A stretch of DNA of 64,000 bases, taken from contig UQNQ01000002.1 in NCBI GenBank assembly GCA_900542425.1, positions 44,843 through 108,842 of the forward strand. The letters are read 5' to 3'. The stretch comes from an uncultured Eubacteriales bacterium. GTDB taxonomy: Bacteria > Bacillota > Clostridia > Oscillospirales > CAG-272. The first letter of the stretch is position 1. Each line of letters opens with the position of its first letter. Both the position numbers and the translations under genes were made by a program. Below are positions 50,391-60,007 of this stretch, in pieces. A model generated the notes under the pieces. That model was not told where the DNA came from and ran no database searches. It saw only the letters and a program-made list of their open reading frames with translations.

Positions 50391-50437
50391 CAAAACAAAA
50401 GGCGAGTGCTGCATGGATTCCATGGAATGCACTCGCC
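50391..50437 (-). terminator. intrinsic terminator after asd
   Basis: Stem GGCGAGTGC / GCACTCGCC, followed on the minus strand by TTTTGTTTTG. Confidence 0.7.
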
Positions 50438-50477
50438 TTATCATAACAGGAAAAAATATGCCTGTTTTATCCCGTCT

Positions 50478-51485
50478 TCATTCCTTTGTGATGAGCAGTT
50501 CCGCAATCTGCACGGTATTGGTCGCAGCGCCCTTGCGTACCTGATCACCGCAGCACCAAAGGGAAATGCCGTTCTCATTTGCAATATCCCGCCGAATACG
50601 TCCCACAAAAACAAGATCCTGATCCGACGTATCAAGCGGCATCGGATACCGTTTGTTCTCCGGATCATCGACAAGCCGACATCCGGGAGCCGCAGCGATC
50701 GCGGCACGCGCCGCCTCCGGCGACACCGGCTCTTCCGTAACCAAAGAAACGGAAATCGAATGACTTCTGACAACGGGGACCCGCACACAGGTACATCCGA
50801 CACGAAGTTCGGGAAGATGCAGAATTTTCCTGCCTTCATTCTGCATTTTCATCTCTTCGGTTGTATATCCGTTTTCCAGAAAATCTCCGATTTGAGGAAT
50901 CAGATTATAGGCAATCGTATAGGGGAACACCGACGGCGTATACGTTTTACCGCAGGAAAGCGCCGCAATTTCCTCCTCAAGCTCGATGGGACCGCCGGCG
51001 CCGGCGCCGGATACCGCCTGATAGGTGGAAACGGTCATCGAACGGATTTTTGACAGTTGTCCTATGGCGTTTACCGCCACCAAGGTAACGATGGTAGAAC
51101 AGTTCGGATTGGAGATGATTCCTCTGTGAAGCAGCGCGTCCTCCGGATTGATTTCCGGAATCACGAGCGGAACACCCGGTTCCATACGAAAAGCGCTTGA
51201 ATTGTCAACAAAAACCGCCCCCGCCGCCGTAATATAGGGCGCGAACTCGCGTGCAAGCTTATTCGGTGCGGCGCCAAGTACCAAATCGACCCCGGTAAAA
51301 GAGGTTGGACATGCCTCGCTTACAGCGACCTCCTCCCCATGAAACATAAGCTTTGTGCCGGCGCTGCGCGCGCTGGCAAGCGGAATCAGCTTTTTTACGG
51401 GAAAATTCCGCTCTTCCAATATTCGAATCATTTCGCGCCCGACGGCGCCTGTCGCACCAAGTACGGCAACGCTGTATTCTTTCAT
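50478..51485 (-). CDS. asd: aspartate-semialdehyde dehydrogenase
   Basis: MKEYSVAVLGATGAVG opening, active-site NCST block (SNPNCSTI), and full-length Asd similarity. Confidence 0.93.
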   Translation of the reverse strand: MKEYSVAVLGATGAVGREMIRILEERNFPVKKLIPLASARSAGTKLMFHGEEVAVSEACPTSFTGVDLVLGAAPNKLAREFAPYITAAGAVFVDNSSAFRMEPGVPLVIPEINPEDALLHRGIISNPNCSTIVTLVAVNAIGQLSKIRSMTVSTYQAVSGAGAGGPIELEEEIAALSCGKTYTPSVFPYTIAYNLIPQIGDFLENGYTTEEMKMQNEGRKILHLPELRVGCTCVRVPVVRSHSISVSLVTEEPVSPEAARAAIAAAPGCRLVDDPENKRYPMPLDTSDQDLVFVGRIRRDIANENGISLWCCGDQVRKGAATNTVQIAELLITKE

Positions 51486-51569
51486 AAACCTATTACTCCT
51501 CCGGAACACATCTCGGCTCCGTTTATCATTGTTTTGATGTATTTATTCTATGCGGAATTTTCTGCACCG

Positions 51570-52880
51570 TCACAAAAGACCCTCGCGGCAAAGTCCGTTA
51601 TAAAGACAGCCAATTGCTTTTTCATGATATTGCGCATCGATTCCGACGATAATATTTAATTCATCCGGAGACTGCACAATGAGCTTGATATTGATTCCGT
51701 TGTCCCCGAAAATTCCGAATACGGAAGCGCTGATGCCATAATGTCCTGCCATATTACGCCCGACAATGGCAATGAGGGACAAGTTCCGGTCAACTGTCAC
51801 ATCTGCCGAAAGCGTATTTTCAATTTCGGACAGAATCGCATGGACATGCTTTGCCGCCTGCTCTTCCAGCACAACAACGCTGATGATATCCATTCCGGTC
51901 GGAATATGCTCAACGTTGATGCCGTATTTCTCAAAAATCGAAAGGACTCGGCGCAAAAAGCCAATCTCTCCCGACATATGTTTTTTATGGATCACAAAAG
52001 AGATAAAGCCGGTTTTCCCCGCAATTCCGGTAACCGGCGTACCCGCGCCGGCATCGCGCGTGATGACGGTTCCGCTATTCTCCGGTTCATTGGTATTGCG
52101 GATATTGATAGCAATTCCACAATCCTGGACAGGAAGAATACTCTCCTCATGCAGAACATTCGCGCCCATATAAGAAAGCTCTCGCAACTCTTTATAGGTA
52201 ATGCGGTCAATCGGTTTCGGATGCTCAGCAAGCCTCGGATCCGCCGAATAAATCCCTGAAACATCCGTCCAGTTTTCATATATCTCTGCATTCAGAAATC
52301 TCGCAAGATAAGAACCCGTGATATCCGAGCCGCCACGGGAAAACAAATTGATATCGCCGTTCGGATATGCGCCGTAAAAGCCCGGTACAACCATGTTTCC
52401 GTATGCCTCAAACGCCCCTTTGACAAGTGCTTCGCTCGCTTCCAAATCCAGCTTTCCATCAAACGAAAAGCGCATCAGTTCCGCAGCATCCACAAAAGTA
52501 AAACCAAGGTATGCGCTCATCAGTTTTGCGCAGAAATATTCGCCGCGGCTGACAAGAAAATTTTGGTCAGTCTCTTTACCGAGTGTTTTTTCCAATTCGG
52601 AAAGCTCCTCTGCAATATCCAGATCAAGCTCCAAAGCCTCTGCAATTTCCCGGTAACGTTCTGAAATAGACTCCCAGATTTTATCATCCGGCACACCGTA
52701 ACGAAGATGCCCGTCCAGCGTATATAAAAGATCGGTAATTTTATTGTCACCCGAATACCGTTTTCCCGGCGCCGAAACAACGACCACCTGACGTCTCTTA
52801 TCCGATGTCACAATCGCCTTTACCTTTTTAAACTGAGCGGAATCTGCAAGAGAACTTCCGCCGAATTTTGTCACTATCAT
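51570..52880 (-). CDS. lysC: aspartate kinase
   Basis: MIVTKFGGSSLAD opening, an amino-acid kinase domain and C-terminal ACT repeats. Confidence 0.9.
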   Translation of the reverse strand: MIVTKFGGSSLADSAQFKKVKAIVTSDKRRQVVVVSAPGKRYSGDNKITDLLYTLDGHLRYGVPDDKIWESISERYREIAEALELDLDIAEELSELEKTLGKETDQNFLVSRGEYFCAKLMSAYLGFTFVDAAELMRFSFDGKLDLEASEALVKGAFEAYGNMVVPGFYGAYPNGDINLFSRGGSDITGSYLARFLNAEIYENWTDVSGIYSADPRLAEHPKPIDRITYKELRELSYMGANVLHEESILPVQDCGIAINIRNTNEPENSGTVITRDAGAGTPVTGIAGKTGFISFVIHKKHMSGEIGFLRRVLSIFEKYGINVEHIPTGMDIISVVVLEEQAAKHVHAILSEIENTLSADVTVDRNLSLIAIVGRNMAGHYGISASVFGIFGDNGINIKLIVQSPDELNIIVGIDAQYHEKAIGCLYNGLCREGLL

Positions 52881-52916
52881 GATTTTTTCTCCGTATTGTA
52901 TGAAAAATACACCGCT

Positions 52917-54224
52917 TTACAAATCGCAGGCAACAAGATCCTCAAACCGTTCACGCCGTACAGCAAGAATATCTCTGCCTTCGCGCAGAATCACAACCGG
53001 AGGTCTTGCCACCCGGTTATAATTGGACGCCATGGAATAATTATAGGCGCCTGTCACAAGCACAGCAAGAATATCCCCTCTCTGCGGCTTCGGGATTCTC
53101 ACATGTTCCTGAATCAAATCTCCGCTTTCACAGCATCTCCCGCCGACAGTACATTCAAAATCCGCAGGTTCTCCCACCTTATCCGCCACCAGAACCGTAT
53201 AAGAGGACTGATAAAGCGTATATCTCGGATTGTCCGTCATACCGCCGTCGATAGAAACGTAATTTTTAAATCCCGGAATTTCCTTTACGCTTCCGACCGT
53301 ATAAAGCGTGATACCGGCATCCGCGACAATGCTTCTGCCGGGTTCCAGCAGGATCTGCGGCATCTCCAGACCGTATTCCTCACATCTTGCTTTGATATGA
53401 AGTGAAATATCTTTGATATTTGCCGAAATGTCGATTTCTGGATCCGTCTCCACGTAGCGCACGCCGAAACCGCCGCCGAGATTCAAAATCCGCGCCTCAA
53501 AACCGAACCGCTCTCTCATTTCCGAAATAAATCCAAGCATAATATCAGCAGCGGTCGTATACGGTGCGATATCAAAAATCTGCGAGCCGATATGACAATG
53601 AAAACCGACAAGCTCCAAATTCATTTTGGATAGCGCCTCTTTTGTGATTTTCGCTGCAAGCCCCGTCTCGATTGCGGAACCAAATTTGGAATCTACTCCG
53701 CCGGTGCTGATCTTTTGATGCGTATGCGGATCGATCCCGGGTGTGATCCGCAGAAGAATCTTCTGACGGATACCGGCTTTTCCTGCATACTCGTCGATGC
53801 GGCAAAGCTCTTCTATCCCGTCTACAATAAAATATCCGATGCCATTTTGAATCGCGTATTCAATATCAAAATCCGTTTTGTTGTTTCCGTGGAAGAAAGC
53901 CCGCTCCATCGGGAAACCGGCAGATACCGCCGTAAACAATTCGCCGGAGGAAACAATATCCGTCCCCATGCCTTCCTCCGCCATCATACGGTAAATCTCC
54001 TTGAAGCTGAGCGCCTTGGAGGCATAAAGCGGGTAGGAGGTCTCCCCGAAATACTTTTTCATGGCAGTCTTATATTCCCTGCAGCGCTCGCGCACCCGCT
54101 TGTCATCGATGAGGAAAAGCGGGGTCCCATATTTTTCTGCAAGGGCGACTGTGTCCATACCGGCAAAAAACAGATATCCGTTCTCACCGGCTGAAAGATT
54201 TGAATGAATCCATTTCTGTTCCAT
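52917..54224 (-). CDS. lysA: diaminopimelate decarboxylase
   Basis: Fold-III PLP decarboxylase (YASKALS lysine, GGGFGV, CESGD). The start is taken at the ATG 9 nt after GGGAG. Confidence 0.93.
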   Translation of the reverse strand: MEQKWIHSNLSAGENGYLFFAGMDTVALAEKYGTPLFLIDDKRVRERCREYKTAMKKYFGETSYPLYASKALSFKEIYRMMAEEGMGTDIVSSGELFTAVSAGFPMERAFFHGNNKTDFDIEYAIQNGIGYFIVDGIEELCRIDEYAGKAGIRQKILLRITPGIDPHTHQKISTGGVDSKFGSAIETGLAAKITKEALSKMNLELVGFHCHIGSQIFDIAPYTTAADIMLGFISEMRERFGFEARILNLGGGFGVRYVETDPEIDISANIKDISLHIKARCEEYGLEMPQILLEPGRSIVADAGITLYTVGSVKEIPGFKNYVSIDGGMTDNPRYTLYQSSYTVLVADKVGEPADFECTVGGRCCESGDLIQEHVRIPKPQRGDILAVLVTGAYNYSMASNYNRVARPPVVILREGRDILAVRRERFEDLVACDL

Positions 54225-54257
54225 TTGTTTTTTCTCCCATATCACGCAATATGCTTT

Positions 54258-55442
54258 TTATGACAGGAATCCGCGCAGTCTTTCCACGGCCTCTTCCGTC
54301 GCCTCACGCGAGCCGAAAGAAGTCAGACGGAAATAGCCTTCTCCGCATGCTCCGAAGCCCGCCCCTGGCGTCCCGACGACCTGAATGCCGTGCAGAAGTG
54401 CGTCGAAAAAGGTCCATGAATCCATTCCATCCGGACAGCGCATCCAGATATAGGGCGATGAAGTCCCTCCCGTGAAGAAAATTCCCTTTTCTCTCAAAAC
54501 ACCGGCAATCAACGCGGCGTTTTCCATATAGTAACCGACAAGTTCCATGCATTCGGCAAGACCGGTATCGGAAAGCGCTGCCTCGGCTCCTCTCTGAACC
54601 ACATACGGTACACCGTTGAATTTCGTTGCCTGACGGCGTTCCCACATCTCACGCAAAGACATACCACCTGCCGAAAGCTCTGACGGAACCACTGTCCAGG
54701 AGCAACGCGTGCCGGTAAACCCTGCTGTCTTCGAAAAGCTGCAGATTTCTATCGCACATGTTCTTGCTCCGTCGATTTCATAAATTGTATGAGGATAATC
54801 CCCTTTGATATATGCCTCGTATGCCGAATCATAGAGGATCAGCGATCCGGTCGACACGGCAAAATCCACCCATTGCTTTAAGCCTGCATGATCATAGACG
54901 GCACCGGTCGGATTGTTTGGTGAACAAATATAAATGATAGCTCCCTCACAAGAAAGTCCTTCCGGTTTCGGAAGAAATCCATTGCTCTCGTCCGCGCGGA
55001 TAAAGGTAATTTGTCTGCCGCTCATGACATTGCTGTCAAAATATACCGGGTATACAGGATCCGGAATCAATACCGGATTGTCCCCAAACAGCTCCGTGAT
55101 GTTGCCTACATCGCTTTTTGCCCCGTCCGACACAAAAATTTCCTCGGCAGAAATGTCCACCTGAAAACGTTTATAATGACGGGAAATCGCTTCTCTGAGA
55201 AAATCATAACCGTATTCCGGCGCATAACCGCGGAAGGTTTCCCGCCGTCCCATCTCCGCAACCGCCTTTGTCATGGCTTCCGTTACGGATTTTGTCAAAG
55301 GAAGTGTAACGTCACCGATCCCAAGCCGGATAATTTTTGCGGTGGGATTTTCCTCGCTGTAAGCCTTTACACGCTTGGCGATTTCGGAAAACAGATAACT
55401 TTTTTTCAGATTCTTATAGTTCTCATTGATTTTGATTTTCAT
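54258..55442 (-). CDS. dapL: LL-diaminopimelate aminotransferase (DapL)
   Basis: MKIKINENYKNLKKSYLFSEIAKRV opening typical of DapL, and a class I aminotransferase with an SFSK PLP-lysine. Confidence 0.88.
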   Translation of the reverse strand: MKIKINENYKNLKKSYLFSEIAKRVKAYSEENPTAKIIRLGIGDVTLPLTKSVTEAMTKAVAEMGRRETFRGYAPEYGYDFLREAISRHYKRFQVDISAEEIFVSDGAKSDVGNITELFGDNPVLIPDPVYPVYFDSNVMSGRQITFIRADESNGFLPKPEGLSCEGAIIYICSPNNPTGAVYDHAGLKQWVDFAVSTGSLILYDSAYEAYIKGDYPHTIYEIDGARTCAIEICSFSKTAGFTGTRCSWTVVPSELSAGGMSLREMWERRQATKFNGVPYVVQRGAEAALSDTGLAECMELVGYYMENAALIAGVLREKGIFFTGGTSSPYIWMRCPDGMDSWTFFDALLHGIQVVGTPGAGFGACGEGYFRLTSFGSREATEEAVERLRGFLS

Positions 55443-56283
55443 ATTCATATACCCCCTCATATACCTTGGCAGCGCCTCCGGTCATCTGTACACGGAAATC
55501 CTCTCCTACGGTAATGACAAGATCTCCGCCGACAAGATGTACCGTTACGGGAGAATCCGCATCGCAGTATCCGTTTACCACTGCCGCCGTAACCGCGGCA
55601 CACGCACCGGTTCCGCACGCCCATGTCTCTCCGCTTCCGCGCTCCCATACGCGCATGTTTAGATTTTTGCGATCTATTACTTGAATAAATTCCGTATTCA
55701 CACGCTCCGGAAACATCGGATGATGCTCAAAAGCCGGTCCTATCGTTTCAAGGTCGAGCTTTCTTGTATCAGGGACAAAAGTCACTGCGTGCGGATTACC
55801 CATGGAAACACAGGTGATCCGATACTCCTTCCCTCCGACCGTCACCGGCATATCCACCACGGTTTCCGATTCCGATATCACGGGAATTTCCGACGCGCGA
55901 AGCACAGCATAGCCCATATCCACCGTTACCGTATTGACCTTTTCACCCTCCACTGCAAGGGAAAGATGCTTGATTCCACTCAGTGTTTCAACAGAAATCT
56001 CCGTTTTTTCCGTTATTTTATTATCATAGAGATATTTCCCGACGCAGCGGATAGCGTTACCGCACATTTTCCCCTCGCTACCGTCCAGATTGAACATCCG
56101 CATTTTGACGTCTGCGACAGTGGAAGGACAAATCAGAACCAATCCGTCCGCGCCAACGGAAAAATGACGCGGCGACATTGCCGCCGAAACCGCACCGGGA
56201 TTCGGCAGGTCGCCATTCAAACAATTTACATAAATATAATCATTTCCGCATCCATGCATTTTTGTAAAAGGAATCCGCATCAC
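55423..56283 (-). CDS. dapF: diaminopimelate epimerase
   Basis: FTKMHGCGNDY opening, second catalytic Cys in the ACGTGA block, and a 4-nt ATGA overlap with dapB. Confidence 0.93.
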   Translation of the reverse strand: MMRIPFTKMHGCGNDYIYVNCLNGDLPNPGAVSAAMSPRHFSVGADGLVLICPSTVADVKMRMFNLDGSEGKMCGNAIRCVGKYLYDNKITEKTEISVETLSGIKHLSLAVEGEKVNTVTVDMGYAVLRASEIPVISESETVVDMPVTVGGKEYRITCVSMGNPHAVTFVPDTRKLDLETIGPAFEHHPMFPERVNTEFIQVIDRKNLNMRVWERGSGETWACGTGACAAVTAAVVNGYCDADSPVTVHLVGGDLVITVGEDFRVQMTGGAAKVYEGVYEYENQNQ

Positions 56284-57056
56284 TGAGCCTCCTTTTTGGC
56301 ACCGGCCGCTGTCTGCTTTTCAATCAAGTCATGCATATCATAAAGGCCTGCCGGCATCTCAGCAAGAAAAGCCGCCGCGGCAAGCGCACCGTCTGCAAAA
56401 AGTGTCCGGCTGTGCGCCTCATGTTTTAAGGAAATGGTTTCCGTGCCACCCGCAAGAATCACCTCATGCTCACCGATAACGCCTCCCATGCGAAGTGCAT
56501 GAATCCCGATCTCGTTTTTGGCGCGCAACTGATGCCCGTACCTTCCGCAAACAAAGCAGGCATCCTCTCTGGATTTTTTGATTTCATTCGCCAGCATCAG
56601 CGCTGTTCCGCTCGGCGCGTCAAGCTTGGTATTATGGTGCTTTTCCACAATTTCAATATCGGTATCCGGCAGAAGCGCCGCCGCACGTCTTGCAAAATCT
56701 GCAAGCAACGCCACGCCGAGGGACATATTTGCCGACAGAAAAACCGGAACTTTTTGCGCCGCTGCATGAATAAGCTCCAGCTCCGACGATATCTGCCCTG
56801 TCGTCGCTACCACGCACGGAAGTCCTCTCGCCACAGTATATTCCATCAGTGCCGCAGTACAAACGTGATTGGAAAAATCGATGATCACGTCCGCTTCTCC
56901 CTTATAGTCGGAAAGATTTTTCAAAATCCGCGGATCGGTACCGTCTGCCGTAGGATCAATTCCCGCCGCGATCTCCATGCCTCGTCTGCCCTCTTCAAGC
57001 ATTTTCCATACTGCGGAGCCCATTTTTCCGCGCGCTCCGTTTAAAATTACTTTCAT
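56280..57056 (-). CDS. dapB: 4-hydroxy-tetrahydrodipicolinate reductase
   Basis: MKVILNGARGKMG NAD(P)-binding opening and the EKHHNTKLDAPSGTA motif. Confidence 0.93.
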   Translation of the reverse strand: MKVILNGARGKMGSAVWKMLEEGRRGMEIAAGIDPTADGTDPRILKNLSDYKGEADVIIDFSNHVCTAALMEYTVARGLPCVVATTGQISSELELIHAAAQKVPVFLSANMSLGVALLADFARRAAALLPDTDIEIVEKHHNTKLDAPSGTALMLANEIKKSREDACFVCGRYGHQLRAKNEIGIHALRMGGVIGEHEVILAGGTETISLKHEAHSRTLFADGALAAAAFLAEMPAGLYDMHDLIEKQTAAGAKKEAQ

Positions 57057-57113
57057 CGTTTCCTCCCTCCGGCAAAGGAATCTCCCATGCCATTCTCTCA
57101 TCCGTCAATTACT

Positions 57114-58007
57114 TTACATAACCGGAACCAATCCAGCCTCGCGCAGTCTTGTACGCAGAATTTCCCTTTTCGCTTCGTCAAGCCGCACCAACGGCAGGCG
57201 GAGCTCCGGTGTACAATAGCCGAGCATCGCCATCGCTTCCTTAACCGGAATCGGGTTGACATCAGAAAAAAGAGCCGAAATCAACGGTATAAAGCCGCAC
57301 TGCATTGCGGCGCTTTCCTTTCCTTTTCCCTCAAGAAACAGCCTGCACATGTTTTCCGTTTCAGCAGGCAGGACATTGGAAAGTACGGAAATAACGCCCG
57401 ACGCGCCGAGTGCCATCATCGGAACGGTTTGATCATCGTTTCCGCTGTAAAGAGCAAGACGGTCGCCTACCAAGGATACCGTTTCGGCAATCTTGGAAAA
57501 ATTCCCTCCTGCCTCTTTGATTCCCGCAATATTCGGATGATCCGCAAGCGCAGCATAAGTAGAAGGCTCGATATTCACGCCCGTGCGGGACGGTACATTA
57601 TAAAGAATCAGAGGCTTTTCCGCTTTATCCGCAATTTCCGTATACATTTTGATGAGCCCCTGCTGAGAGGTTTTATTATAATAGGGCGTCACAACAAGCA
57701 GTGCATCTGCACCGACACGGCAGGACTCACGGCAAAGCTCAACCGCATGCGCTGTATGATTGCTTCCGGCACCGGCAATAACCGGAACACGTCCTTTTAC
57801 TCGCTGAACAGCAAATGCAATGGTATCAATTTGTTCACGGTCCGTCATGGTCGCCGCCTCTCCGGTTGTCCCGCAGACAACAAGTGCGGAAATACCGGCG
57901 GCAATCTGCGCATCGAGAATTGCGCCGAACGCTTCATAATCAACAGTCCCGTTCCGGAACGGTGTGATAAGCGCTGTTGCCGCGCCTTTAAAAATTACGG
58001 TTTTCAT
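57114..58007 (-). CDS. dapA: 4-hydroxy-tetrahydrodipicolinate synthase
   Basis: ALITPF..., GTTGE and an active-site Lys block. AGGAGGG lies 6 nt before the ATG at 58007. Confidence 0.93.
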   Translation of the reverse strand: MKTVIFKGAATALITPFRNGTVDYEAFGAILDAQIAAGISALVVCGTTGEAATMTDREQIDTIAFAVQRVKGRVPVIAGAGSNHTAHAVELCRESCRVGADALLVVTPYYNKTSQQGLIKMYTEIADKAEKPLILYNVPSRTGVNIEPSTYAALADHPNIAGIKEAGGNFSKIAETVSLVGDRLALYSGNDDQTVPMMALGASGVISVLSNVLPAETENMCRLFLEGKGKESAAMQCGFIPLISALFSDVNPIPVKEAMAMLGYCTPELRLPLVRLDEAKREILRTRLREAGLVPVM

Positions 58008-58090
58008 CGTTTCACCCTCCTGATATGCTTTTTCACTTTCATTATGATACGCAATTTCATAAAAGACAACCGTCTTTTTTACCTCAGAAC

Positions 58091-58340
58091 AAAAAAATAA
58101 GCTGATAAACAAAGTTATCAGCTATCGAAAACGCACTTGCGGATAAAACCCCGCATCTGCAGTCCCGATAGCTCTCCGCAAAAACGACAGTCGGACAGAT
58201 ATTATCTGCCAAACCAAGCAATGCAGTTCCGTCCCTGCATGCTTTCGGCAACGGCACCTTTCCCTTTTTCGCCGGCAGACGACCGCCTTCTCCGAAAAAG
58301 CTACTGATTGCGCGCTGCGCCTCTATCACGATCCGCATCA
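58091..58340 (-). promoter_or_regulatory. lysine riboswitch (L-box) with terminator, leader of dapA-dapB-dapF-dapL-lysA-lysC-asd
   Basis: The minus strand shows AGAGGCGC, AGUA, GCCGAA, ACUGUC and GGAGAGCUAUC blocks. The terminator GCTGATAA / TTATCAGC plus U7 lies at 58091..58127, and its left arm can pair with the P1 3' strand. Confidence 0.8.
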
Positions 58341-58359
58341 TTCAAGTTGGATTGGAGTT

Positions 58360-58388
58360 ATTGTATCACGCCGCAGTAATTCTGTCAA
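58360..58388 (-). promoter_or_regulatory. sigma-A promoter of the lysine operon
   Basis: The minus strand reads TTGACA (58388..58383), a 17-nt spacer, then TACAAT (58365..58360). Confidence 0.55.
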
Positions 58389-58682
58389 CTGTTTTTATCA
58401 AATTGTCCGAAAATTTTCCGCAAGCGTTTTCAAACGCAACAAAGAAAAAGAGAATTCACTGGTTATGCCTTTACTCTGGTCTTCCTTAAATTTATATAGA
58501 AAGCAAATTCAAAATACCTATACAAACAGATAAATATTCTGATGGAATCATACTTTTCTGTTTTTCATACATCATCTTTCCATTATTGCAGAAAATTTTT
58601 GCAGCATAATGCACAATTTTTTCGCGAGAACATAAGTCATTCTGTCTAAATTCAATGAATCTAAACAAATTTCAAAAAAGAG

Positions 58683-58718
58683 ATTGAATTTTTATTCATT
58701 TTCATGTATAATTATGCA
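58683..58718 (+). promoter_or_regulatory. tandem ARG boxes (ArgR/AhrC operator) overlapping the argG promoter
   Basis: ATTGAATTTTTATTCATT matches TNTGAATWWWWATTCANW at 17/18 positions. The adjacent TTCATGTATAATTATGCA is a weaker second box. The promoter TTGAAT-17-TATAAT (58684..58712) lies inside them. Confidence 0.6.
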
Positions 58719-58752
58719 AAACAAACATCACAGAAACAAGGAGATTCTACCA

Positions 58753-59985
58753 ATGAATAAAAAAGAAATCAAAAAAGTCGTGCTTGCCTACTCCGGAGGA
58801 CTTGATACCTCCATCATTATCCCGTGGCTCAAAGAAAATTATAACAACTGTGAGGTCATCGCCGTATCCGGCAACGTCGGTCAGGCGGACGAACTCGAGG
58901 GTCTGGAGGAAAAAGCTCTCAAAACCGGCGCCTCCAAGCTGTATGTCGAGGATTTAACCGATGAATTTGTCGACGACTACATCATCCCGACCGTAAAAGC
59001 AGGTGCGCTGTATGAAGAATACATGCTCGGCACATCATTTGCCCGCCCGGTCATCGCTAAGCGTATCGTTGAGATCGCCAAGGCAGAGGGCGCGGACGCC
59101 ATCTGCCATGGCTGTACCGGCAAAGGCAACGACCAGGTCCGCTTCGAACTTGCCATCAAAGCATTTGCACCGGATATGCCGATCATCGCACCGTGGCGCG
59201 AATGGAACATCAAATCCCGCGAAGAGGAAATCGAGTATGCGGAAGCACACAATGTTCCGCTGAAAATCAACCGGGAAACCAACTATTCCAAGGATAAAAA
59301 CCTGTGGCATCTTTCCCACGAGGGACTCGATCTCGAAGACGCCGGAAATGAGCCTCAGTATGAAAAGAAAGGGTTCCTTGAAATGGGAGTTTCCCCGATG
59401 GATGCACCCGATAAGCCCACCTACATTACGCTCGATTTTGAAAAAGGAATCCCGACAGCTCTTGACGGAAAGAAAATGAGCGCAAAGGAAATCATTCTTG
59501 CTCTCAACAAGCTGGGCGGAGAAAACGGCATCGGTCTTCTCGATATCGTGGAAAATCGTCTTGTCGGCATGAAATGCCGCGGCGTCTATGAGACACCGGG
59601 AGGAGCCATCCTCTATTTTGCGCACAATTATCTCGAGACGCTCTGTCTTGACAAAATGACGGCTCATAAAAAGCAGGAGCTTTCTGTCACCTTTGCCGAG
59701 CTTGTCTACAACGGTCAATGGTTTACACCGCTGCGTGAAGCGCTCTCCGCCTTTGTCGACAAGACACAGGAAAATGTTACAGGCAAAGTGAAACTGAAGC
59801 TTTACAAGGGCAACATCATCAAAGCCGGTGCATGGAGCGATTACTCCCTTTATTCCGAGGAAATCGCTACGTTCGGCGAAGATCACGTCTATAATCAGGC
59901 GGATGCTACAGGCTTTATCAATCTGTTCGGACTACCGATCAAGGTGCAGGCTCAGGTAAACGAGAAAAACGCAAAGAAAAAATAA
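58753..59985 (+). CDS. argG: argininosuccinate synthase
   Basis: [15 protein letters not shown]-pyrophosphatase motif and full-length ArgG similarity. AAGGAG lies upstream of the ATG at 58753. Confidence 0.95.
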   Translation: MNKKEIKKVVLAYSGGLDTSIIIPWLKENYNNCEVIAVSGNVGQADELEGLEEKALKTGASKLYVEDLTDEFVDDYIIPTVKAGALYEEYMLGTSFARPVIAKRIVEIAKAEGADAICHGCTGKGNDQVRFELAIKAFAPDMPIIAPWREWNIKSREEEIEYAEAHNVPLKINRETNYSKDKNLWHLSHEGLDLEDAGNEPQYEKKGFLEMGVSPMDAPDKPTYITLDFEKGIPTALDGKKMSAKEIILALNKLGGENGIGLLDIVENRLVGMKCRGVYETPGGAILYFAHNYLETLCLDKMTAHKKQELSVTFAELVYNGQWFTPLREALSAFVDKTQENVTGKVKLKLYKGNIIKAGAWSDYSLYSEEIATFGEDHVYNQADATGFINLFGLPIKVQAQVNEKNAKKK

Positions 59986-60007
59986 ACAGACAAAGGAACC
60001 TTTTATC

